From Firmicutes bacterium UBA5449 (GTDB lineage: Bacteria > Bacillota > SHA-98 > UBA4971), in contig DIQZ01000035.1 in the NCBI GenBank assembly GCA_002424305.1, positions 226,335 through 290,334 on the forward strand: 64,000 bases of DNA, read 5' to 3'. The position numbers were made by a program, and so were the translations under genes. Positions 28,330 through 37,357 of this stretch are shown here, piece by piece; within the stretch, counting starts at the first letter, position 1; each line of letters opens with the position of its first letter. The notes below the pieces were generated by a model, which saw only the letters and a program-made list of their open reading frames with translations, ran no database searches and had not been told where the DNA came from.

Positions 28330-29148
28330 ATGCATACCAGAATAAGAGTGATGGCTATAGACAATAGCATAGATGTCTGCGAGATGCTCAGGGATCTTGT
28401 CAAGAGCGATCCTGCATTGGAATGGGTCGGCTATGTCGAGGACGGACTTCTGGCCCTTGATAGAATCGGCAAATGGAAGCCTGATGTAATTCTCCTTGAT
28501 ATCATCATGCCGCAACTTGATGGAGTTGCCTTTCTTGAACAGCTAATTGAGATGTGCCCCATCAACAAACCAAAGATAATTGTCCTAAGCGCAGTCGGAG
28601 ATCAAGCTCTTATCCGAAGTCTTGCTCAACTAGGAGTTGACTACTACCTTCTCAAGCCGGTTGACGCCTCTATTCTCATTAACAGAATCAAGCAAGTCGT
28701 ACGAGAACGTGATTCTAAATCCGGCGAAACTTCAAGCTGTATACAACGGAAACCACCGGACAAGGATACAGAAACGCATGTGGCTCGACTCCTTTTCCAG
28801 CTTGACGTGCCTACCCATTTTAAAGGTTACCTATATCTCAAGGACGCGATTTCTATGATCATTGAAGAAACCGGTCTCTATACACCAGTCACCACTACCC
28901 TTTACATGGAGATAGCCAATAAACACGGCACTACACCTTCTGTAGTAGAAGCCGCTGTCAGGTACGCTATTCAACAAACCTGGAAAAGGGGGAATCTTAA
29001 GCGACTTAAGAAGCTCTTTGGTGCTTTCTCAGACTTAGATGAAGATCGAATGCCCACTAACTCTTTATTCATGACAAGAGTAGCTGAAGAAATCAAAGTC
29101 AGCTTAGCCGATTCACGTAAACACTATGTGTATAAGGAAACTATCTGA
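28330..29148 (+). CDS. spo0A: Stage 0 sporulation protein A (response regulator)
   Basis: Receiver domain with the phosphoacceptor LDIIMPQLDG and the conserved Lys. The Spo0A-specific C-terminal DNA-binding domain is present (HFKGYLYLKDAI..., AVRYAIQQTWKRGN). Confidence 0.9.
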   Translation: MHTRIRVMAIDNSIDVCEMLRDLVKSDPALEWVGYVEDGLLALDRIGKWKPDVILLDIIMPQLDGVAFLEQLIEMCPINKPKIIVLSAVGDQALIRSLAQLGVDYYLLKPVDASILINRIKQVVRERDSKSGETSSCIQRKPPDKDTETHVARLLFQLDVPTHFKGYLYLKDAISMIIEETGLYTPVTTTLYMEIANKHGTTPSVVEAAVRYAIQQTWKRGNLKRLKKLFGAFSDLDEDRMPTNSLFMTRVAEEIKVSLADSRKHYVYKETI

Positions 29149-29169
29149 CAACATACATCAGCTTCCACA

Positions 29170-30561
29170 TTATATTAGCTCAAAGCCGCCGGTTTCAGCT
29201 TTCTTGACTTCCTCCTCTTCGCCTGTCTCCGCATTTATGTAAACCACATATATATCCTTGCCTAGCTTACATCGAAACTCGTATACCTGCTTTTCCCGAT
29301 AGAAATCATCGAGTATGACAGCCAGCCCGGAGCTTACCACAGTCAATCTGGGATTCAGCCCTTCCCTTGCTTCCGCCTCAGAAAGCTCAGGTTCTTTCAG
29401 CGCTCTAATCTTATGAAAAATCTGGTAATTAGTGCCTTCAAAGCCGTCCACGCGTCCTTCATCCAATGCTACCCTGACCACAACGTAATCAGGATATATC
29501 AGAACCCCGTTTTGCTCATAGGCAAACCCAATAGCAGATACACCCTGGTAATCGCGTCTGGAAATTTCACGCATGTTTTGAAAACCCTGGGACGTAAGAA
29601 ACGTCTTGGCTATAGCTACAGCCGTAGCCGGCGAAATAGTTTGAGAACCGATAGCAGACTCCTTAAACATCCACAAGACTCTTCCGCCACGCACTGATAC
29701 ATCTGCCCATACTTTGGAAACCCCGCCTTTGGGAGGGGTTATTTCCACTCTATAACTCTTAGGTTCAGAAGATATCGTGGTAATGACCTTGCCTCTGGCG
29801 CCTTTTTCTATAGAATATCCTGCGAATTCCATCGCGATTTTTATGGCCTCATCTGTCCCGATTTCAGGGCCGGGAATAGAAGGCAGCTTCTTTCTGGGAG
29901 GTGGAATGACCCCTTCAAAATCGGGCGTGGGGAATCTCGTCATTCCGTCCTCAAGCATCTTGAGACCCTTTGTAACCTGATTTGAGGGCGCACCCTGTGT
30001 CCTCTCTCCTTCAGGACGCATAGCTGAAGTAGTCATACTTTCACGCTGAACGTCTATCCACCTGAGTTTCCCGGAGGCCATCTCCCCGCCTAAGCGAGTA
30101 AGTTCCTCAGCAGCAAACCTGGCTTGATCTCGGAGATCTCGCAAGAGTGCCCATTCTCTATCTGAGAGGCTACTCCCATGAGAGCCGGTCTGCGACAGAG
30201 TATAGGTAAATGAAGCCACCTGTGACAGGAAATCCTCAGTGGAAGAAAGCTGAATTGTGCCCACAGGAAGTTGGCCCAGCCCTGACCTGGCAGACTCAGT
30301 ATGCCTCCAAGCATCTGCAAAGGCTTTTTGGGTCTGCAAAAGCGAACCTGACACTGCTGCCTTCCCAAGCTCCTCAGCGAGGGAATCAACGTGATAGACA
30401 ACTTCCTGGAATGCACGTTGATACTGATTTTCGGTCTTAAGCTCCACTTCTTTCCTCAAAGCGTACTCACGGATCCCAACAAAGCCTGCTATTACAACAA
30501 CTACGGCTAAGGCCGTCCATCCCCATCTTTGCCTCATTCTCACCACCTCGCAACCAATCAC
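29170..30561 (-). CDS. ypeB: Germination protein YpeB (PepSY-domain membrane protein)
   Basis: N-terminal TM with C-terminal PepSY repeats. It overlaps the upstream sleB by 4 nt (ATGA), the typical sleB-ypeB operon arrangement. Confidence 0.75.
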   Translation of the reverse strand: MIGCEVVRMRQRWGWTALAVVVVIAGFVGIREYALRKEVELKTENQYQRAFQEVVYHVDSLAEELGKAAVSGSLLQTQKAFADAWRHTESARSGLGQLPVGTIQLSSTEDFLSQVASFTYTLSQTGSHGSSLSDREWALLRDLRDQARFAAEELTRLGGEMASGKLRWIDVQRESMTTSAMRPEGERTQGAPSNQVTKGLKMLEDGMTRFPTPDFEGVIPPPRKKLPSIPGPEIGTDEAIKIAMEFAGYSIEKGARGKVITTISSEPKSYRVEITPPKGGVSKVWADVSVRGGRVLWMFKESAIGSQTISPATAVAIAKTFLTSQGFQNMREISRRDYQGVSAIGFAYEQNGVLIYPDYVVVRVALDEGRVDGFEGTNYQIFHKIRALKEPELSEAEAREGLNPRLTVVSSGLAVILDDFYREKQVYEFRCKLGKDIYVVYINAETGEEEEVKKAETGGFELI

Positions 30562-31067
30562 CTAAGGAAGATATGTCTTCCTATTTGAATAATGTAACTC
30601 CTGGTAGCAACCCACCAATTGGTAGCCTTAGCAGGGTTATAATAGTAAACTGCACCTCCTGAAGGATCCCAACCGGCTAAGGCGTCCTGTGCAGCCCGAT
30701 AAGAGGAAGAGACCGGAGGAAACCATACATGTCCTGTAGTGACTGCAGTAAAAGCATCCGGTTCAAAGATCACTCCCGGAATGGTCTTGGGGAAATGTGG
30801 ATGGTTCAACCTGTTCAAGATTACGGCCCCAACGGCAACTTGACCTATGTATGGCTCACCTTTTGCTTCCGCAGAGATAACTCTTGCCATCAGTTCCAGG
30901 TTATAGCTATAGCTTTGTCCGGGATCAGCCAAATCAAACTCTGCCGTGTCCGCCAAGTAAGAAAGCCTGTCATTGAAGACTCTTCCTGACTGGACATGCC
31001 ATAGAACCGTGACTACTGCCACAACAACAGTGAAAGCAAAAATAAGCCTACTGACTCTGATTGACAC
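30558..31067 (-). CDS. sleB: Spore cortex-lytic enzyme SleB-like (Hydrolase_2 domain; no PG-binding domain)
   Basis: Signal/TM followed by a SleB catalytic-domain-like sequence (ISAEAKGEPYIGQVAVGAVILNR...YYYNP). It lies upstream of ypeB. Confidence 0.75.
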   Translation of the reverse strand: MSIRVSRLIFAFTVVVAVVTVLWHVQSGRVFNDRLSYLADTAEFDLADPGQSYSYNLELMARVISAEAKGEPYIGQVAVGAVILNRLNHPHFPKTIPGVIFEPDAFTAVTTGHVWFPPVSSSYRAAQDALAGWDPSGGAVYYYNPAKATNWWVATRSYIIQIGRHIFLR

Positions 31068-31230
31068 GGCTTATACCCCCTAACCATGTCTAAACCTGGA
31101 TTTATTATGTCGCCTGGAATATTTGCTATTCACAGGCTCGTTCGTTGCGAATATTCAAGGGAAGTTGTGGTATGATTGATTTGTGCCTGGGGACGAAGGC
31201 AAGAGATTACTTCTGAGGTGATGAACTCCT

Positions 31231-31977
31231 ATGAAACTCTCTCAAATTACTGAATACCTCGATGATTTTCTTATGATTCCTCACATTCCCGATTCCTCAC
31301 TCAACGGATTGCAGGTAGAAACAGACTGTAACATCACAAAAGCAGCCTTGGCAGTAGATGCGACTTTGGAGACATTTGAGCAAGCCAAGACAAAAATGGC
31401 GGAACTTATTATTGTGCATCACGGACTATTTTGGGACAAGGTTCCGATTAGAGGACCCCTCTACCGCCGAGTCCGATATCTTATTGAGAACAGGATAGGC
31501 CTTTATGCAGCGCATCTTCCCTTGGACATGCACTCGGAAGTGGGAAATAACGCAGAACTCGCCAAAATACTGGGTATTGAAGATGCCAGGCCTTTCCTGC
31601 GGTATAAGGGATCACTCATCGGGCTTGTCGGGGAAGTAGAGACGATGAATATCCATAAGGTGGCAAGACTATTAGGTAATCACATTCAGGGAGATATTAA
31701 GATCTTCCCTTTAGGTAAGCGCGAGATTACCAGGGTAGCCATATGCAGCGGCGGCGGTGGACAAGACTTGAATCAGGCAATAGAAACAGGAGCGGATCTC
31801 TATCTTACGGGAGAGACGTCTCACGAGGCAGTCGCTCTGGCAAGGGATGCCGAAATAAACATTATGTTTGCAGGCCATTATGCCACTGAGACATTGGGGC
31901 CCAAAGCCCTGGGAAAACATATAGAGACCACACTTGGACTTCCTACAGTATTTATTGAAGCCCCAACCGGGCTCTAA
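31231..31977 (+). CDS. Nif3-family dinuclear metal centre protein (YqfO-like)
   Basis: 248 aa with the Nif3 pattern (IIVHHGLFW ... HLPLD ... C-terminal metal-binding). Confidence 0.75.
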   Translation: MKLSQITEYLDDFLMIPHIPDSSLNGLQVETDCNITKAALAVDATLETFEQAKTKMAELIIVHHGLFWDKVPIRGPLYRRVRYLIENRIGLYAAHLPLDMHSEVGNNAELAKILGIEDARPFLRYKGSLIGLVGEVETMNIHKVARLLGNHIQGDIKIFPLGKREITRVAICSGGGGQDLNQAIETGADLYLTGETSHEAVALARDAEINIMFAGHYATETLGPKALGKHIETTLGLPTVFIEAPTGL

Positions 31978-32051
31978 GTCCGGGCTTCTCGTTGCACGCT
32001 TCTCGTCGCAGAGCTTTCGCAAGGTAACAGTTTGACCTAATATCACAGGTC

Positions 32052-33206
32052 TCACGGGGCTTCATTTACACTCACAGACACGGTAAACGTTCTTCCGTCA
32101 CGATAGATCACTAACTCAAGCTTGCCCCCTATACCCACTGAATTCACTGCTTCTCTCAAATCAGCCACGGATTTCGAGTCTTTCCCTCCGGCTGAAGTAA
32201 TGACGTCACCACGACGAAGACCTGCTAAACCTGCAGGGCTCTGCCTTACATACCCTGCGATAGCCAGGCCATGGTCAATCCCCATACGGTAATCGCGAGC
32301 AACCTGTGGCGTGATTACCCAAACCTGGGTTATTCCGATCCAAGGACGTTTTACCTTTCCAAACTCTACAAGCTCTGCGGCTATTTGTCTCGCTGTATTG
32401 ATAGGAATGGCAAACCCAATACCTTGAGCTTCTGCATAAATGGCAGTATTGATTCCAACAACTGTACCTCGCTCATCAGCAAGCGCGCCTCCGCTGTTCC
32501 CCGGGTTAATCGGAGCATCAGTTTGGATTAGGTTCTCAAGGTAGAGCCCTTGTTCAGCATCAAGCGGGACAGATCTCTCCAAGGCGCTGACTACACCTGC
32601 AGTCACTGTATGATCAAATCCGTAGGGGTTACCTATCGCTACAGCCAACTCACCTACTTCGACAACGTCAGAATCTCCTAACGTAGCATAAGGCAGGTCC
32701 TCTCCGTCTATTTTCAATACTGCAAGATCAGTGTAATAGTCGCCTCCAATCACAGTCGCAGTAAACTCCCGTCCGTCAGAAAGCACAACCCCAATTTCCT
32801 TGGCTTCCTCAATCACATGATAATTGGTAAGCACAAATCCACGGCTATCAAAGATCACGCCCGAGCCCAGCCCCTCCTCCTGCTGGGTCACGCGTTCGAA
32901 GAAAAAAGTATAGTAAACTCGTTCTCGCAAGGTTGATATTTTGACGACAGCCGGCCCCACTTCTCTGGCTATTCCTGCCACATTAAGCCCTTGCCCGCTG
33001 ATACCTGAATACTGTATCTCTTTAGGCACACTCATGCGAGATTCGCCCGGGTCAAAGCTCCCTTTAGGTATAGAGGCGATTCGCCTGTCCACCTGTTCCA
33101 AGACAACAGATCCAACTATGAGACCACCTATGAGTGCGCCTACAATACCTACTAAGAAATATCCGAAAAACGATCTACGTCGACTGCGATACCCGGGGAA
33201 GTTCAC
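32052..33206 (-). CDS. htrA: HtrA/DegP-family serine protease with PDZ domain
   Basis: N-terminal TM, catalytic triad context and GNSGGAL, then a C-terminal PDZ domain. Confidence 0.8.
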   Translation of the reverse strand: MNFPGYRSRRRSFFGYFLVGIVGALIGGLIVGSVVLEQVDRRIASIPKGSFDPGESRMSVPKEIQYSGISGQGLNVAGIAREVGPAVVKISTLRERVYYTFFFERVTQQEEGLGSGVIFDSRGFVLTNYHVIEEAKEIGVVLSDGREFTATVIGGDYYTDLAVLKIDGEDLPYATLGDSDVVEVGELAVAIGNPYGFDHTVTAGVVSALERSVPLDAEQGLYLENLIQTDAPINPGNSGGALADERGTVVGINTAIYAEAQGIGFAIPINTARQIAAELVEFGKVKRPWIGITQVWVITPQVARDYRMGIDHGLAIAGYVRQSPAGLAGLRRGDVITSAGGKDSKSVADLREAVNSVGIGGKLELVIYRDGRTFTVSVSVNEAP

Positions 33207-33248
33207 AATAGTCCCCCCTAAGCTTACTCAAGACTTATTGTCAATGAC

Positions 33249-33881
33249 TTAGTACTCAATTCCTCTACGCGCAGCTATACCCTGAGCATAGGGGTGCCTC
33301 ACTTGCCTCATCTCTGTAATCAGATCCGCCAACGCCAGGATTTCTTCAGGCATGTTTCTGCCGGTGAGAACGATTTCAGTGTGACTGCACTTTTCCTCTA
33401 TCAATCTAACTACATCATCTACTGTAAGCAAGTGAAAATTGATAGCAAGAGATATTTCATCGAGGATCAGAATGTCAACGTCACCTCTTGTAGAGACCTC
33501 CAGAGCCAGACTCAACCCCTTTTCCGCCAGCATTCGATCTTCATCAGTTATTTCCCCGATGCGAAGCATACATTCAGCACAACCTTGGCATCTGAGGAAA
33601 CCCTGTTTTATTGCAGAAGACCGCCTACAATCTCGCCCAAATCGGTGAATTTGAATTTCAGGGTGCAGACGTTGCAGAGAATAGAGCTCTCCCGTATAGC
33701 TGACACCTTTCGCAAATTGAATGATCACTACAGAAAGCCTATGGCCACAAGCCCTCAAAGCAAGGCCCAGTGCGGCAGTGGTCTTTCCTTTGCCATCACC
33801 TGTATAGACCTGGACAAGACCTAACCCGGATTCATCCTCACCTTTCGTGGCCTCAGAGAGGCCTTCAATTTCGAGGTCCAT
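33249..33881 (-). CDS. cobO: Cob(I)yrinic acid a,c-diamide adenosyltransferase (CobO/BtuR type)
   Basis: VYTGDGKGKTTAALGLALRA P-loop and the CobA/CobO fold. The start is probably Met28 of the track ORF, which avoids overlap with btuD. Confidence 0.75.
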   Translation of the reverse strand: MDLEIEGLSEATKGEDESGLGLVQVYTGDGKGKTTAALGLALRACGHRLSVVIIQFAKGVSYTGELYSLQRLHPEIQIHRFGRDCRRSSAIKQGFLRCQGCAECMLRIGEITDEDRMLAEKGLSLALEVSTRGDVDILILDEISLAINFHLLTVDDVVRLIEEKCSHTEIVLTGRNMPEEILALADLITEMRQVRHPYAQGIAARRGIEY

Positions 33882-33913
33882 GTTATCACCCTCAATCTCT
33901 GAGGAATTACCCT

Positions 33914-34708
33914 TCAACTTGCCGGGCTCATGAAACCCGGCACTAACATGACCTGAGGACAACCAACCACCGGATGAGTAGTGATATGCGCTTTAACACC
34001 GTATACTTTCTTCAGAATCTCTTCTGTTACGACTTCCTGAGGCGGACCGTCTGCCACTTTCCTCCCGTGATTCAACATGACTAGTCTGTCGCAGTACTGG
34101 GAAGCCAGGTTAACATCATGCAAGACAGCTAATACCGCGATATTTTCAAATCGAGACAAAGACTTGAAAAGATCCATAATCTCTACCTGGTAACCAGGAT
34201 CAAGATGTGAGGTAGGCTCATCTAACAACAAAATACCCGGCTCCTGAGCGAGGGCTCGCGCAATAATCACCCTTTGCTTCTCACCGTAAGATAGCTCAAG
34301 AACAGACCTCTTAGCAAGGTGAGTTGTGCTTGTAGCTGCCATAGCCTGAAAAACAATGTCCATATCTTGTGGGCTCTCTCGTGAAAACCTCCCCTTGTGA
34401 GGTTCGCGGCCCATCAACACTATCTCAAGAACAGAGAAAGGAAATGGTATTGTTCCGTTTTGAGGCACCACTGCTATCTTTTGCGCAATTACCTTAGGCA
34501 CCATATCGCCAATATCTTCACTGTCAAGGAGGATTGTCCCCATACTGGGTTTCAAGGCGCCTGCCAGCAGTCGAAGCAGCGTGGTCTTTCCTGAACCGTT
34601 AGAACCCAAAATACCGACGAAGTCTCCGCTTTCCAGAGACACTGACACCTTGTCTATAGCTTCTATTATACCGTACTTATGACATACGGAAAACGCTTCC
34701 AATCTCAC
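33914..34708 (-). CDS. btuD: ABC transporter ATP-binding protein (FecE/BtuD family)
   Basis: GSNGSGKTTLL, LSYGEKQR and LLLDEPTSHLD motifs. It sits in an operon behind a cobalamin riboswitch. Confidence 0.8.
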   Translation of the reverse strand: MRLEAFSVCHKYGIIEAIDKVSVSLESGDFVGILGSNGSGKTTLLRLLAGALKPSMGTILLDSEDIGDMVPKVIAQKIAVVPQNGTIPFPFSVLEIVLMGREPHKGRFSRESPQDMDIVFQAMAATSTTHLAKRSVLELSYGEKQRVIIARALAQEPGILLLDEPTSHLDPGYQVEIMDLFKSLSRFENIAVLAVLHDVNLASQYCDRLVMLNHGRKVADGPPQEVVTEEILKKVYGVKAHITTHPVVGCPQVMLVPGFMSPAS

Positions 34709-34739
34709 ATTTTGTCCCCTTACTCTCTGAACTCACACA

Positions 34740-35807
34740 TTAGCTCCCCCGAATTTTGCGTCGTCTCAAAATGCAAAGAAAAAAAGGCGCACCTACAAGT
34801 GCAGTAATAACACCTACAGGAATCTCCGCCGGAGCAATTAACGTGCGAGCACAAGTGTCTGCCGTTACAAGAAATATGCCGCCTGCGATGGTAGAAGCAG
34901 GCAACAGCAACCTGTGATCCGGACCGAGAACCATTCGCATTGTATGTGGCACGATAAGCCCCACAAACCCAATCACTCCACCAACGGAAACAGAGGCTGC
35001 AGTCACTACGGAGGAAGCTATCACAGCAATACGTTTTGACTGTCCGGGATCAACACCCAGGTACCGCGCTTCATCATCGCCGAGGCAGATCAAGTTTAGA
35101 TCGCGCGCCATAATTATGAGAACAGCAATACCGAAAATCCAATATGGAGCAGCCATTTTCACATGCACGTATCCTTTGTTTGAAAGACTTCCCATGAGCC
35201 ACATCATGATTTCCCGGAGTGAATCGCCGGAAACCATCATGACAAGGGACATAACCGCCCATAGGAATGAACTTACAACGACCCCCGAAAGAAGAAACGC
35301 ATCCATAGACGCTCTGCCTGAGACTCCGGCAAGAGAGTATACTACCGCCATAGTGATAATAGAAGCCAGGAATGCTGCAACAGGCACAGAATTCAGTCCG
35401 GGAATGAAAGACGGCAACCTGAACGAAATGGCGATTGTCGCTCCTAAAGCTGCGCCTGAAGATATTCCCATGATATAAGGATCCGCCAAGGGGTTGCGAA
35501 ACAGACTTTGAAGAGTAGCACCTGCGCCCGCCAGAGAACTCCCGATTATTATAGCAAGCAGAATTCGGGGAAGTCTTACCTCAAGGATTATCGTTTCATA
35601 TGCGTCAGGCCATCCTGTATGTGGTATCCACTTACTTACATAAGGAAGACGTCTGAGCAGTATAGAGATCACGTCAGGTAAAGGAATCGATACGGCACCT
35701 ACTCCTGCTGCAATAGCCATAGCTGTCAAGAGAAGAAACGTTAGTGTAACGAAGCACCTATACCGTCTGTCCCTATAGGCTGAGTACGCCACAGGATCCG
35801 GTTTCAT
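34740..35807 (-). CDS. btuC: ABC permease, FecCD/BtuC family
   Basis: 355 aa with about 9-10 TM helices and the FecCD signature. Confidence 0.8.
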   Translation of the reverse strand: MKPDPVAYSAYRDRRYRCFVTLTFLLLTAMAIAAGVGAVSIPLPDVISILLRRLPYVSKWIPHTGWPDAYETIILEVRLPRILLAIIIGSSLAGAGATLQSLFRNPLADPYIMGISSGAALGATIAISFRLPSFIPGLNSVPVAAFLASIITMAVVYSLAGVSGRASMDAFLLSGVVVSSFLWAVMSLVMMVSGDSLREIMMWLMGSLSNKGYVHVKMAAPYWIFGIAVLIIMARDLNLICLGDDEARYLGVDPGQSKRIAVIASSVVTAASVSVGGVIGFVGLIVPHTMRMVLGPDHRLLLPASTIAGGIFLVTADTCARTLIAPAEIPVGVITALVGAPFFLCILRRRKIRGS

Positions 35808-35879
35808 TGTTTATTGTATCTCCTTTTATCTACGTCAAGCTTGCTACCACCCATAACAGTTGCACCCAACAGAGCAGAC

Positions 35880-36851
35880 TTAATCATGAGACCCCGGATG
35901 CATAATGTCCAGAAGCACCTCAAGGCCTTGAACCAACCTGGGACCGGGACGGGTTAGGATATCAGGATTTACTCGGTGAATCCTCCGTGTCTTGCAGGCA
36001 GAAATCCCTTTCCAAGCAGATCTTCCAAGCACATCATCCTTATCTGTCCATACCGTAATTATCACATCCGGATCCCTTTCAATGACTACCTCTACACTGA
36101 ATTCAGGCCATTCCAAACCTGCGTCACCTGCGATGTTTTCCCCGCCTGCAACCTTAATAAGCTCATCAATAAAAGTACCGGGTCCCGCAGTCATTAAGGG
36201 GTCATCCCATATCTCCACAAATACTCGTGGTCTGGCTTGTTTCGTCACGGCCAAAGCTGCCTTTGATCGCACACCTTGAATCTCATTGCTGAGGCTCTGC
36301 ACAAGCAATTCCGCTGCGTCCTCTGTTCCGGTTGCCTTACCTACCAAAACAATGCTATCTAAGACATCTCTGAGTGTCTTCGGATCCAGTGCCAGAACAG
36401 GTATGCCAAGATTAGACAGGGTTTCAATAACAGGCAACTGCATGCTTCCAACTGCGACCACGAGATCCGGAGATATCTCCATTATCTTCTCAATATTCAT
36501 CTCTACTTGGCCGACCTTAGGTTTTGACTTCGCCTCCTTGGGGTAATCACATGCCTCTGTAACACCGACAACTCTGTCACCTAGACCCAGAGCGAACAGA
36601 ATCTCCGTGTTACTTGGCGCAATAGACACGATGGTCTCAATGGGAAGTTCCAATTTCACCTCCCTGCCCAAGGCATCTATGACTGTGACTTCACCCTCTG
36701 TGACATTTGCCGAGACCCCCATGGCCAAGATGCAAAATGCAGCAATGATAATGCCAAAAATCATGACTTGTGAGAGCGCAGTCCGCATCCGAAAACCTAA
36801 GTGGCTCACATATTGCTTACGACCCACACTACGACACTGCTTACGATCCAC
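35880..36851 (-). CDS. btuF: Periplasmic binding protein, BtuF/FhuD class (cobalamin/siderophore)
   Basis: Signal peptide (MRTALSQVMIFGIIIAAFCILAMG if the start is at 36788) and a class III binding-protein fold. The track start at 36851 is a GTG inside a 21-nt tandem repeat, so the true start is uncertain. Confidence 0.7.
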   Translation of the reverse strand: MDRKQCRSVGRKQYVSHLGFRMRTALSQVMIFGIIIAAFCILAMGVSANVTEGEVTVIDALGREVKLELPIETIVSIAPSNTEILFALGLGDRVVGVTEACDYPKEAKSKPKVGQVEMNIEKIMEISPDLVVAVGSMQLPVIETLSNLGIPVLALDPKTLRDVLDSIVLVGKATGTEDAAELLVQSLSNEIQGVRSKAALAVTKQARPRVFVEIWDDPLMTAGPGTFIDELIKVAGGENIAGDAGLEWPEFSVEVVIERDPDVIITVWTDKDDVLGRSAWKGISACKTRRIHRVNPDILTRPGPRLVQGLEVLLDIMHPGSHD

Positions 36852-36907
36852 GTTACGACCTCCAATCGTGCTACCGGTTTATAGGTGAAGAGTTCTTCCT
36901 CAGAACT

Positions 36908-36942
36908 CTTAAGAAAACAAAACCCCGACCTTGGGTCGGGGG
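36908..36942 (-). terminator. Intrinsic terminator forming the expression platform of the cobalamin riboswitch
   Basis: The minus-strand sense reads CCCCGACC-CAAGG-TCGGGG followed by UUUUGUUUUCUU. It lies between the aptamer and the btuF start. Confidence 0.6.
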
Positions 36943-36949
36943 CACGGAG

Positions 36950-37195
36950 CCAAAATAAGCTTTTGGCTTGAAACTCCCTTTCACCGAAGGCGTACCAAGC
37001 TACCCTAGACAGGCAGGTCTCCTGGCTTCCGAATCATTGCATGCTCCTAAGCCTTCCTCACATTGAGTGGCTAAATAAGGATGCTCCTCGGATACAGTGG
37101 CGGGAACCGCGGGATTGCAGGATATCGCCTGCTTCCTCTTCCCTATTCTCCCCTAATAGGGGCACCTGTCGGGTCTCAGATTAAATTTTGCAACA
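36950..37195 (-). promoter_or_regulatory. Cobalamin (AdoCbl) riboswitch aptamer
   Basis: B12 box GCCACUG is present (reverse complement of cagtggc at 37096-37102) in the context GCGGUUCCCGCCACUGU. An upstream GGGAA element is present. It sits 5' of the btuFCD-cobO operon. Confidence 0.75.
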
Positions 37196-37357
37196 TCTAT
37201 ATCTTACCATTTGTCCACCGGGTAATCAATTGATCTTTCGGTAACCGGAAACCATCTTGACGTCATAGTATGTAAAGGCGTTCTTCTTACGGTTCTCGAA
37301 ATCGTTACATTTTCCTTACTCATGTTAGTAGTCTGTGCTTGGAAATGAGGTGAAGTC

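Noticed and set aside
37200-37357. Possible Fur box upstream of feoAB (TAATCAATTGATCTT)
   Set aside because: Only a short 8-bp palindrome with poor match to the 7-1-7 Fur consensus. It is not convincing without a PWM scan.
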